A DNA stretch of 64,000 nucleotides, taken from Antedon mediterranea (lineage: Eukaryota; Animalia; Echinodermata). Positions 26,503 through 38,463 of this stretch are shown here, in pieces. The stretch's first letter is position 1, and every line of letters begins with the position of its first letter. The stretch spans positions 28,600,871-28,664,870 of the forward strand of contig NC_092676.1 of NCBI RefSeq assembly GCF_964355755.1, written 5' to 3'. The position numbers and the translations under genes are program-made. The notes under the pieces were generated by a model that did no database searches, was not told where the DNA came from, and worked only from the letters and a program-made list of their open reading frames with translations.

Positions 26503-27530
26503 GATTGTGCTTGTCCGACCGGCACCGCGTCAATATAAACACTCAAGTGTACTTTTCCCCCAAAGTAGGAAGATTTAGAAGACATTTTTAGGTTGGTGAC
26601 AATGGAAGTACTGTACTACTATCTAATTTTGCTATTTTTTTAAAATACTGGTCTTGTGAATTAAGTTAACGACTCAAAATTATCCAGAATCCTTTTGGGG
26701 GAACATGCCAAATCGCACAATCAAAATGGCTGCCATGTTTTGAATAAAAATTATGGTTTTAAGAGAATTTAAGTTAAAATTACTTTTCTCCAAAACTATA
26801 CTCACAAATAATGATTGAAACTTGCTAGAAACATATCGGTATTGGAAAAACGAAGCTATAGGCTGAGGTCTTTCAAGTTAATACATTGGTAAAAAGATAA
26901 ATAAATATTTTGGTACACATGACGTTTCATACTTATAACACTTGAGCCCGGAATATTTCCAGGCTGGTGGACTAACATAAAACCCCAATAAATAAGACTT
27001 GGGGTAAGTCTACGTAGAAACCATACTATAATATTAGACATTTTTAGAATCCTGTAGGAGAAGGTTGATTCTTCTCTATGACGCATCGCAAGGACGTACG
27101 CGCAAGGCAAATAACTTGACCAATCACAAACGAGTACGTTTGTGATCCGTCGCTTGTGATTGAACAAACTTCTTGTATCGCTTTTTACATCCTTGCGTTA
27201 CGTTCTTGGGTTAGTGTCTTTATTAAACAACCTTTTTGACATTTTTTGTTTTTTGTTGGGATGTTAATATATATTTTTTATAGCTAGCTAAAAATCTCAA
27301 ATTGTTTTATTTCTAAAGCTTATACCACTTTAACTTCTCTACGTGCTCTTGTTCTTGATCTTGTTTCTTGCTGTATTTTCTTTTATATTTTTATTAAGAT
27401 TGTTTTTTACTAAAAATATGAATGAATAGGCCTACAAGGAATAAAACAAAATAACATTATCAATTTTGTAGTGTTTATTATTACTGTTGTTTATTACATT
27501 ATATTATATATGTTGTATTTGTATTTGTAT

Positions 27531-28130
27531 CTTTAGACGGTGGTGGTCAGATTTAGACGGTGGTGGTCAGATTTAGACGGTGGTGGTCAGATTTAGACGG
27601 TGGTGGTCAGATTTAGACGATGGTGGTCAGATTTAGACGGTGGTGGTCAGATTTAGACGGTGGTGGTCAGATTTAGACGGTGGTGGTCAGATTTAGACGG
27701 TGGTGGTCAGATTTAGACGGTGGTGGTCAGATTTAGACGGTGGTGGTCAGATTTAGACGGTGGTGGTCAGATTTAGACGGTGGTGGTCAGATTTAGACGA
27801 TGGTGGTCAGATTTAGACGATGGTGGTCAGATTTAGACGGTGGTGGTCAGATTTAGACGGTGGTGGTCAGATTTAGACGATGGGGGTCAGATTTAGACGG
27901 TGGTGGTCAGATTTAGACGGTGGTGGTCAGATTTAGACGGTGGTGGTCAGATTTAGACGGTGGTGGTCAGATTTAGACGGTGGTGGTCAGATTTAGACGG
28001 TGGTGGTCAGATTTAGACGGTGGTGGTCAGATTTAGACGGTGGTGGTCAGATTTAGACGGTGGTGGTCAGATTTAGACGGTGGTGGTCAGATTTAGACGG
28101 TGGTGGTCAGATTTAGACGATGGGGGTCAG
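27531..28130. repeat. Minisatellite, 30 x 20 bp (ATTTAGACGGTGGTGGTCAG)
   Basis: Near-perfect head-to-tail units with no spacers. Confidence 0.97.
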
Positions 28131-28222
28131 ATTCTTGGTAAGTAGATGCTACAAAAAAATTCAAAAATATCAAAAGTATATAAAAATTGAATAAATTTGT
28201 TTTTCTTATTAGTGCATCCGGT

Positions 28223-31200
28223 TTAGGTTTCAAATATAATCCGTTTTGCTAGCGCCGATCCTTCCATTCTCTGGTTGTAAATTGCGTCAAAACGCTTATT
28301 TTGAGCGACAGTAAAACGAGACTTCCAATCTCCAACGATACCTATAATAAATAATTAATTAGTGAATTGATATAATGATATTGACTTTTTTTAAATAAAT
28401 TTAAAGCAAATCCTTCTAATCGCCTAAAGTTACAATTAATTATTGCAGTATTATAGGCCCTCCACTAAATAGGCCTAAACTATTAATATTATTATAAGGC
28501 ATGCATCTAAAGCTTGGTTTCCACTAGATACGCAACGTAACGCAACCTACGCAGCGTAAGAAAATGCTCTTCCAGTAATTGTGTTTGCCCCCGCCTGCGT
28601 GCAATCAAACCTGTGATGTTTGCAGCAATATTAATAATAATAATATTTATTCGGCAAAAGTTCATAAAGTACATTTTACAATTCATCTTGCCAGGAGCAA
28701 GTAATAGGCATGAGCCCAAACAGAAAACTGCTCTTACTCCATCATTACTTATAAAATACAAAAATAACAAAACTAAGTAGCACAAATTAAGTCAAAATAA
28801 AACAAAACAAAGTTATAATGAGATACACCAATTAAAAATAAGCTGCATTGAATAAACAATATAAACAATTACAACTTAATATTTTGAGATCAAATGTTTG
28901 ATGAGTTGGGCTTTAAAGTCTGAAATTGTAGCACATTGTTTAATTTCATTGGGAAGTTGCTCCCATAATCTAGGGAAAATAACAAACGATGAATTTAAAA
29001 ATGTATTGGTCTTTGCCTTCCAATGTATTAACCGCCCTTCACACCTCTCACTTGATCTCACAAACTCATTAACACTTTGACTGCCAGAGGTTTTTCCAGT
29101 TAGAAACTGCCACCGCCAGCGTTTTTAGCCCAATTCGATGTTTTTATTAAAGTTGATTGAAACCATGTATGTGATCTGATTTATATGTAATTTAGACTAA
29201 AATAATCATAAAGATTTTAGCTTTATAATGGTACCAAGAACGATTTTTAAATCGCAATATGTAAATCGTAATAGTAAAATGAAAGTAACCCACTTTTTGA
29301 ATTTTTCGTAGTTTCGCGCAAGAAAGTCGAGATAATTGCGATTTTGTGCAAGACATCACAATATGAAAATATCGCCCGGTGAGATCAACAAACAACGAAA
29401 AAGTTACTTACACGGCACCGATAGGCCTATAAAAACAAGTTATCACTATCGAAAAATGTATTACATTTTATAAATCATAAATCTTACATCAATGTTTCGC
29501 CAAAATCCACATAGTAAAGACACCAGGCTTAGTTAACCAGGCCTAAAGTTGGTCCGGAACCGTTTTAGGACTAGGCTAGCCTAGTACTACTAGCCTAGGC
29601 CTAGGAGATAGTAAACTGATGATAATAACCATACTATTTCAAAACAAGTTTGTTGCGTGAAACTCGGTCACTTTCAGTAAAACACCAAAACAATTAGGGT
29701 ATACATACAATAATAAAATTAAAGACTTCATATTGAAAATGACTCCATTATTTTTTATTCAGATAACAAACAAACATGTCAATCCACAAAAACCTTTGTA
29801 ATGCTTCGGCGGCATAGCTAGCGCGCGACCGATACACAATGCGCCAAGCCATCGCTCTACGCGCTACTGTGATGCGCGGTGTTTGTTATTTCGACAGGTA
29901 CCATTTTGACAGTCGTTCGTAACCAGATTAGTTACTTTCAAATTGTAAAATATTGACGGTCCAGACCGAATATAGTGTTCATATTTATAGTATATACCAA
30001 TAATTAACCTATCTACCGGATTTCGTAAAAAAACGCGAAAAACGAAGATCTTCGTTTTTGGCAGTCAAGCGTTGTGTTTCCAAAAACGAAGATCTTCGTG
30101 TTTGGCAGTCAAAGTGTTAAAGGATGATGGACAGAGGCCATGCATTATTTTAAAACCTAATGTGAGTCTATACACTTTAAATATATCTTCAATACTTAAA
30201 ATATTGCGTCGTCGGTTCCCACTTGTGATTACGCAATACTGCAGCACTTTGCGTCAATACGTCGTTACGTTGCGTCGCTAGTGGGAAACCTGGTCCTATA
30301 TGCATCGTACTACTATCAATAAACAAAATTACCTTTTCTCGTGACATTAAACTTCTGTTTAGTCGCTTTCATGCTAGAAAATGTTGTATTTTCCACAACT
30401 TTGTCCAACTGTTCCTCTGACAAAGGACGAGACAGAAAATCACAAATCCGAACAACACATCCTTTGTGATCCTGTAAAAATGTCAAAATTATTTTAGAAA
30501 ATATGGCATTCACGAAAAAAAAAAAAGGGGGGGGGGGAACAAAAAACAATGCAGGAGAAAAACATTAAAATATTTATACAATTCATTATTATTGTATATA
30601 AAGTCATCAAAATTAAGTTGATCATAACTATAAATGATCGTACACCATCGTCATATTATTTACACTAAAATAAAAAGAAACTAGATTTAATTCGTCACTA
30701 TGACGAATTATAGGTTATATGCATTGATTTTAATAAAGATAATTGATTTTTAAAAGATATTTTGATTCATTGATTTTCTCAGATTCTTTAATTATTTATA
30801 ATATATGATAGGACCTTGCTAACGCGAATACAATAGCCGGTATCACAATCCGATCAAAGATCCCTCTGCGTATAATGTCATAAACCACATTTGCTGTTAC
30901 ATAATAATAAAGACATAAGTTATTTTTTATCTAGATTTCATTATAAATCATGTGTATAATATATACACTAAGAAATAAATTTGAACAAACAATACGGATA
31001 ATAAAAAAAAAATCTTATTTCGTTTTCCAAGGTGAGACTCGATCTCGGTACCTTGAGTGCCATAGACACGAGCACACACCACCGAGCCATACACAACTGT
31101 CTAAAAATTGTAGAAAAATTCCTCCGTGTATTTACTATGCAGTAACCACTTTGGTGCAGATAGATTATTACATACCGCAATGAATTATAATTTTTTACTA

Positions 31201-34181
31201 TGATGACATCTCTAAAAATGTACAAAAATGATGCACTGTCAAACTATATACTTTTAACTTTAATATATGAACTTTTGGAGGAAGAAAGTTAATGTTAAGT
31301 TTGTTATTTTGGCCTAAGAAAATGTCATAATTTGTTTGATTGTCGAAATGAATTTTTTTTAATTTAATATGCAATTAATTATGGCTTAATCAACTTTTGT
31401 TCCCTTAGTTTAATAATAAATCATACATAAGATACATACACTTCAAGAAAATGAAATAAAAAATATGTGTTCCCGAGCATTCTGACGATCTATATTAATT
31501 TTAAAATTTAGCATATTTTCACCATTTTGTTAACTTACACGTGCGTAGCCTGTCACTTTTGACGTGCTCGTATAAGGCAATTACGCGTTGAAAAGTGAAT
31601 AAAATATGATGATATTATTAAAGAAAGGTTGTACAACCGAAATCGGACAAAAAGAGTGCGCATTAACGTATAACGCGCAGTGCGCGTGCAAAAATCTGCG
31701 CACTCATGGCAATTTTTTAAACGCTTAAAATTGCCTGAAACGTACTCTAATTTCATCGAAAATAAATTTTGACAATTTTGAACATTTTAAGCGCGCGTAC
31801 GCAAGCGTTATATGCGCTACGCACGTAATTGTATTGCCATATGATGAAATATGACCTGAAATTTATGAGTACCAAATTTTGTTTAATTGTGATTCATGCT
31901 TGTGAAGATATGATTACAAACGTGATTTCGTAAAATCGCGCGTAGACCGCGTAATTTTTGATTACGCATCGTGAAAATATAACCACATCGATTCCTGGCC
32001 ATAAGGAATATACTCTGAAAAATTGACTTAAATAGATGAAACTGATATCAAGATAATTCACGGACAAAATAGTGCTAAGGAAAGAATAAATAAATAAATA
32101 AAGATTTTGACAGAATCAAGAGGTTATATGCATGATAATGCATATAACCTAATTAAGATTATTTATCATTTTAAATTATCATAAAAGTTAAGAAAAACTT
32201 TAAATTAATCGGAATCCGACTAATAATGCAATGTACTTTAAAATCAAAATTATACAGAAATAACAAGAAAAACTCACAAGTTTCATTTCTTCGTAGGTTA
32301 AGAACAAAAAGTTCTTTTTATTTCGGTGCTGTTCATAGTAGGGCAGATTGTAGTCAAACCAATTTCCATACATCACTGAAATAACAAAAAAATGAATGAT
32401 AATAATATGTAATGTACTACTGACTGCTACTACTAGGTGTTATCATTGCCCTTGTCAAATACGAGGATAAACATAAACAAACTTGACAAGAGTGATGATA
32501 ATGACGTCATTATCAAGGTTCACTTACTATCGGTCTTGAGATATTCTTCAAAAAAGCTACCCCACTCCTCATACTCCTTTAAAAAGTGTCTTTCTAACAG
32601 AAAATGCCAATAAGAAACAGCACTGTCCTTTGGGTTTCGAATAACGAACACCACCTTTTTGTTTAAAAAAATGTTAGTTTAGGTACAATTTAAAAAAAAA
32701 TGGGTTGTCTTGCATTAAAGACATATTTATAATTTAAATAAACGCCACAGATACAATGAATCTGTTTTTCTTATTAGCAAGAAATGTTACGCTTCAATGA
32801 CTTTATATATATACGCGTGTCGACGATGGTCGTACTATTAACTAACAACATGATGCTGAGCTCCGGAGATCAAAGGGTTTGTCTGTGGCTGCGACACGAT
32901 CAGTTCCACGCCCCTGGTAAGCTCGATTCACACTAGCGCACAACGCGAGAACGCAAACGGAGAATCTATCTATAGTACAGTATCCCTTTGTATTTTTCGC
33001 AACCAAACATAAGATCGAAGGACTGCGTTCCTATCTTGGCAAGGCGAGCTCAATGTCCTGTTGTTGTTGATCGTTCTTCAATTTATAATTATTAGGAGAT
33101 CTATGATATAACACTTACCTTTCCTTTACCTTCAAGTACCTGTTTTGGTAGTACGTCAACTGGTGCATGGGTCATTATGACTCTTGGCTTTTCTGTCGAG
33201 CAGCTATCGAATTTTTCGCACGTATCAAAAAATTCGATAGGTAGAATAGCAGAGCTGCTTCCATAATCTTCTTTAACTCTGTCTTTATTTCCCTCACAAA
33301 AAATATTGTTCACTAATTCTTGTGCCCAATGAGTCCCTAAATGAAAATAATTGAATACATCATTAAATCATAAAATCATCAATAAATCATTATTATTAGG
33401 TTTTTTTTATTATGTGTCTATTTTGTAAATTTTATTCAAAAATAATTTGCATACCGTTTCAAAATACGGATCGGTTAAGCGTGGTTCCCACCATGGATTA
33501 AAGAATAGATTCCTTAATCCATGTTCCCACTAGCGACGCAAATGATCTTCCAATGATTGTGCCCTCGCTAGTCTGGGCTCCAGACGGAGTTTTTTCTTAA
33601 GCTTGGTTCCCACTAGAACGTAACGCCAGGACGTAAACGAAACGGAAGCGTTTTAACCAATGACAAGCGAAGTTATAGACAGTTAGCAATCACAAGAGAA
33701 TAAGCCATCGCTTGTGATTGGTCAATTCACTTGCGTTGCGTTACGTCCTTGCGTTGCGTCGCTAGTGGGAACCACGCTTAAGGTTTACGTTGCGTTACGT
33801 TGCGTAGCTAAAGCGTGGTTCCCACTAGCGACGCAACGCAAGAGCGTAACGCAACGCAAGTGAATTGACCAATCACAAGCGATGGCTTATTCGCTTGTGA
33901 TTGCTAACTGTCTATAACTTCGCTTGTCATTGGTTAAAACGCTTGCATTGCGTTTACGTCCTTGCGTTACGTTCTAGTGGGAACGACGCTTTAAGTGGGA
34001 ATTCACACAGTTTTACTTCGATTATTGAGTGAGACTTACCAGCTTTTGGATATGTAAGCACAAAAACATCATCCTCTCTTACTTTGAAATTGTGTAGTTT
34101 ATCAGGGTTGGTATTACGCACAATTGGCGGCCATTTAAAACCATTGATAACATTTACACCTAAAAACGGTTTGTCTGTCAT
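28223..34181 (-). CDS. Cytosolic sulfotransferase, copy G (short-cap type)
   Basis: [13 protein letters not shown]|GTHW, PRVIMTH, RNPKD, VTRK|GIVGDWK; introns enlarged by TEs. Confidence 0.9.
28633..30199 (-). mobile_element. 5'-truncated CR1/L2-type LINE 3' end
   Basis: ORF2-like tail [21 protein letters not shown] / [30 protein letters not shown] plus (ATT)n tail, and aatatt duplicated at both ends. Confidence 0.7.
29073..30116. mobile_element. piggyBac-like non-autonomous element
   Basis: TTAA|cactttgactgcca ... tggcagtcaaagtg|TTAA. Confidence 0.85.
30681..32153 (-). mobile_element. Non-autonomous Helentron/Helitron-like element
   Basis: Palindrome aggttatatgcat-gata-atgcatataacct (32121-32150), matching subTIR near 30712, hairpin taattcgtca-cta-tgacgaatta, and a CTAG end. 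Confidence 0.7.
33478..33992. mobile_element. Cluster of family A MITEs in SULT G intron 1
   Basis: At least two full copies in opposite orientation plus fragments. Confidence 0.8.
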
Positions 34182-35254
34182 GATTGTTCTTGTCCGCCCG
34201 GCACCGCGTCAACATGAAAACTAATGTACTTTAGTTTAGCTCGCGGCAAAAAAAGGCAAAAAAATGGCTATCATGAGGGTAAAACTGCTATTGTAGCATG
34301 AGTATAAGCATTTAAAAGGGTATCAAAGGTGTGCTTGCTGGACCAAGGAAATATTGTTCCTTATCTAAACCAAAGTAAACACCAGAGAATCTATGACCCG
34401 ATCTATAAGTATCATTTTTCGTTGATCAGCCAGAGGACAGTTGTATCCTGGTCTTGGAAGAGGGAAGAATAGTAGGTCCTTCTTAGATACTGTATTTTCT
34501 GAAATTACATACGATACGCCATGTCATTGAAGTCTTCTTTCTATTTCATTATTAACAATTTAATGATTTTGCTCTTTAAAAGTGAGGGGAACAATCCACT
34601 AAAAATAAAAATATGTAGTGATGGAGGGTGGGGGGGGGGGGGGTGATATATCATGTCACCGTATTGTATACACATCTAAAGAAATTCAGTCTAGACTAAA
34701 CTTATGCGGACCAAAAAAACATGATGTGCACATGGACATACCATATTTGGGCATATCACCGCCATTTTTGGGCACATCACTCTTTTTTTTTTGTCAAACT
34801 TAGTTTAATAGTGTAGACAGTCCTTACGATAATTATCTCCACGGAGAATTCTTGTGGGGTGGGGGGGGGGGTAAGGGGGTTGGGAATGATTGAATGCGTT
34901 AGGTTGGAAGGGGTATCTCACCAACATATTATTTATAAGCCTGATTTTTTTTTTGGACAAACTATTTAATTTAATTTAGTAAAACAGTAAGTTATTACAG
35001 TATTATTAATATTCTTCTGAGTGTTTGACCCAATTGAGTGAAAATTATCCAATGAGACACACCCATTTTGTTTTCAGAGCAATTTTCACCGAAGAACCAA
35101 CCACACTCTACTTCCGTATTTACGGTAAAGATTTTGGAAACGAGTTAGGCCTAGGCCTAGAATAAACTATTTAAAACCATTAAATAAGAAGGAAAAATAC
35201 AACAGTATTGTTCTAATTTGCTCACTGAAATTAAATTAAGACACGTTTGTAAAC

Positions 35255-38109
35255 ATGGCTGATCAAGTTAGATGGAGCTGTCAAAACGGTGATATAGAGA
35301 ACTTAGAAAGTTCGGTTAGCGTGGTAAGTATAAACATTTCTTTCTTTGAATATTTAAACGATAGGCATTAACGTGCTCACTCCGGCGGCCCGCCAAGCCA
35401 ACAAGCCCGATGTAATCTGTATCTCTAGTAGGCCCAGGGGCCTAGCTAAGTAGAGGCATAGACACGCTTCTGTGTTACCAAGCCTCTATGTTACCAAGCC
35501 TCTAATTCTGTATAATATGCTGAGAGCACAAATCAAAGGAAAAATAAAAAATAAATAAAATACAATTTAAAATGTTTCTTTGCTTTAAAGTTTGACAGGC
35601 CCATGCCATTATTAACATTTTCATTTTTTAATTTTATGTTTCTTTTCTTCTCAGGCCGGTTTTGATATCAATGCTTTCATTGGACAGCGACCACCTCTAC
35701 ACATTGCGGCTGATTATGGTCAGCTAGATGTCATCAAATTCCTTGTAGGGAAAGGTGCAGACATTAATGTATGTATAAACTTTAAAAAAAATGTTTTTCT
35801 CCTACAATATTTTTAACAGACAGCTTGAGTGATTTTCATCAAAACATTGCCAATAAAGTGATGATTTTAATGATTTTATATTATTTATTTTTTCCATGGT
35901 TAATTTGCAAACCTTTGCAGTATGCTGTATGTCCAGCATTCAGATCATAAATATTAATCAAAACCTTTGATTTGCGACAAATTAGAGCCCAGGAACTATT
36001 TACATCATGTTAATAAATTCATTGCACATGCAGAACAATTGGCCTGGCATTTGGAGATATTGGGACATGTGTCCTCACTGCCCACCTCAACACAGGTTTT
36101 AATGGTTTCTAGGTACAGGCAATGACCGACGACCAACCTAGGTCAGGTCAATATATGTCATCGGTAGTTGCAAATCGAAAACTCCAGCTTTGATCGCGTT
36201 TCTTATTTTTTTACATTTTTTTTTATTGTCAATAACGGGTTGTTTTTGGTTAGCCTATTTCCTGTTCAGAGTCTAGATAATTTTAATAATCAACAAAGCG
36301 CTCTGATCTTTACGAAATAGTGCTATATAAATGTCGCATTACATTCTGAATAATTGATTTCACTTCATTGATATCACTCTTTATCAGTTATCCCTCTTTA
36401 TCAGTTATCCTTTAACAATAATGAAATTTATGCAGTGAACTTTGCACAAAGAATCAAATAAGAGGAATTACTATATATGTTTGCTACTAATTATAAATGT
36501 AAATTAATAAATGTTATTTAACAAAAAAGTAAAATTGTTGAGCGCAACAGTTTAAATTAATTGTTAATAAAAGTTAATAAAAACTATTTCCACTTTCACA
36601 GAAAAAAGATAAATTGGGAATGACTGCAGTTCTAGCCGCCATCTATGAAAACCATTATGAATGTGTTAAATACCTGTTAGATAACGTAAGTTTACGATGT
36701 GAATATTTATTAATTTTTTTTATTCATTCTGATGATCAAGAGGATCAATCAAGGATAAAAACACAGAAAAGTACAAAAAGCAACTTATTTCAAATGTGGT
36801 CCCTAGATAATAATATTGGCCTTGTCAATTGTATGACCCCCGGGAGAGGTATGTTATTTGTCCGATGTGCGTCAATCAATCAACCTTATGAATACCATGA
36901 CACACCCCTGATTGAAAAAAGTTACTTATCTTTAGGTGACCATAACGCACCCATTTTGACGCATTGTGACCATTGACGGACACTGACACATCATTGTTCA
37001 TTGATGTGACATACCAGATTTGTTTACGCACCCCTGCATTATAATTATTTGTAAATGACGCATCCATGACGCAACTCTCCCGTCTTTCGTATAGTCATTC
37101 AATTGACAAGTGCATAAGAGATTCATCATTAGATGATTTTAAGGTGGTTGGTTGGTAACACATCACCACCCAATTTTGTTCACCAAGTTTTGTGGGGAAT
37201 GTTCAATTTGTCAAAGGGCAAGTAAAGTTAAGTTATAGTTAAAGACCCCTTCCCTGCAATTTTGGACGTTTTTTGGAAAATAATACATATATATCACTTT
37301 AAAAACATTAAACCATGTCATTCCTTGTCTTAAATGTACGTTTTATGGTAAATTATGATAAAAAGTGAGAAACAATGCACTACCTAAGTAGCTCGCGGCG
37401 ATCGACCTCTCGTGGACGGTCTTAGGCCTAGCCTAGCTAGGCTTAGTTTTGTAGGCCTAGCTGGTAAACATCGATAACGTACGAACATCGTACGCTAGCT
37501 ATATACCTAGCCTGACGTTGTATAGTTGCTGCATTAATTGTCTTTCTATTTTTGCCAGACTCCGTTGATACAAATTGGGGAAAACCCGGTATTTTCGCTG
37601 AAAAGTTAGGAGTCTTCCATTTGTTTTGGCTTCACGATCGATCGAAAAGTGGGCGAATTACAGGTGAAAAACAAAAATATCAATCCGCGCGCAATGCATT
37701 TTGGGATTTATAGCGGGCCGCTATAATTATTAGAATCGATTTATTTTTCACATTTTTAACCGTTTAAAGACGAAAAAAGTTAACGCAATAGGACCATATA
37801 GTATTATTTTTACATTAAATATAGTTTGTGATCTTAAATTAGATCTAAAAAACGTAGGGAATGGGGCTTTAAAGTTATATAATATACCACCACCAAGATT
37901 AACAATATTATGGATACAGTAAGTAAACCCAAACTACATAATCTCAATTGCAAACAATTATTTTTCTATTACCCTTTGTATTACCAATATTTTGTTTTGT
38001 TTTTTTCTAGGGAGCAAATACAAATGAAAAAGCACCCAGTGGAGAAACTCTCTTAGAATGCGCTGAGAATGATAAATTAAAAGAACTTGTGAAAAAATAT
38101 ATTAAGTGA
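35255..38109 (+). CDS. MTPN: Myotrophin (V-1) ankyrin-repeat protein, exons 35255-35323, 35655-35768, 36602-36685, 38011-38109
   Basis: MADQVRWSCQNGD..RPPLHIAADYGQLDVIKFLVGKGADIN KKDKLGMTAVLAAIYENHYECVKYLL..GA..KAPSGETLLECAE; ~120 aa. Confidence 0.93.
36819..37112. mobile_element. Small MITE
   Basis: TIRs cttgtcaattgtatgac / gtcattcaattgacaag. Confidence 0.55.
37243..37868. mobile_element. Kolobok-like non-autonomous element
   Basis: TTAA|agaccccttccct ... agggaatggggct|TTAA; AG..CT termini. Confidence 0.6.
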
Positions 38110-38214
38110 TCTGAGAAAAACAGCCAAAACTCTACTGAATTTATGTGTCATGGAAAACCTCGTAGCATGGCTTACCTTTTAGGACAGCAATGTTGATATC
38201 AGGGTTTTACTGAC

Positions 38215-38341
38215 ATGCATCACTGATTTCATTGTCATGCATCACTAATTTCATTGTCATGCATCACCGATTTCATTGTCATGCATCACTAATTTCATTG
38301 TCATGCATCACTAATTTCATTGTCATGCATCACTAATTTCA
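38215..38341. repeat. ~6 x 22 bp tandem repeat in the MTPN 3' region
   Basis: catgcatcactaatttcattgt units. Confidence 0.9.
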
Positions 38342-38463
38342 CCTAGGAATGGTTAAAGGCTTTTGCAAATCAATTTAGAGAAACTCGTATTCAAAAATGT
38401 TTTGAAAGAGTAATAATTTATAGATGATTTACTTTTTATGATATTCAGCGTACTTATCACAAA

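Larger units (their letters stand above)
28511..30290. mobile_element. Family A MITE split by a LINE insertion
   Basis: Halves 28511-28632 and 30200-30290 rejoin to match the reverse complement of 23095-23298. Confidence 0.75.

Noticed and set aside
27531-28130. CRISPR-like array
   Set aside because: No unique spacers and no cas genes; eukaryotic context; it is a simple minisatellite.
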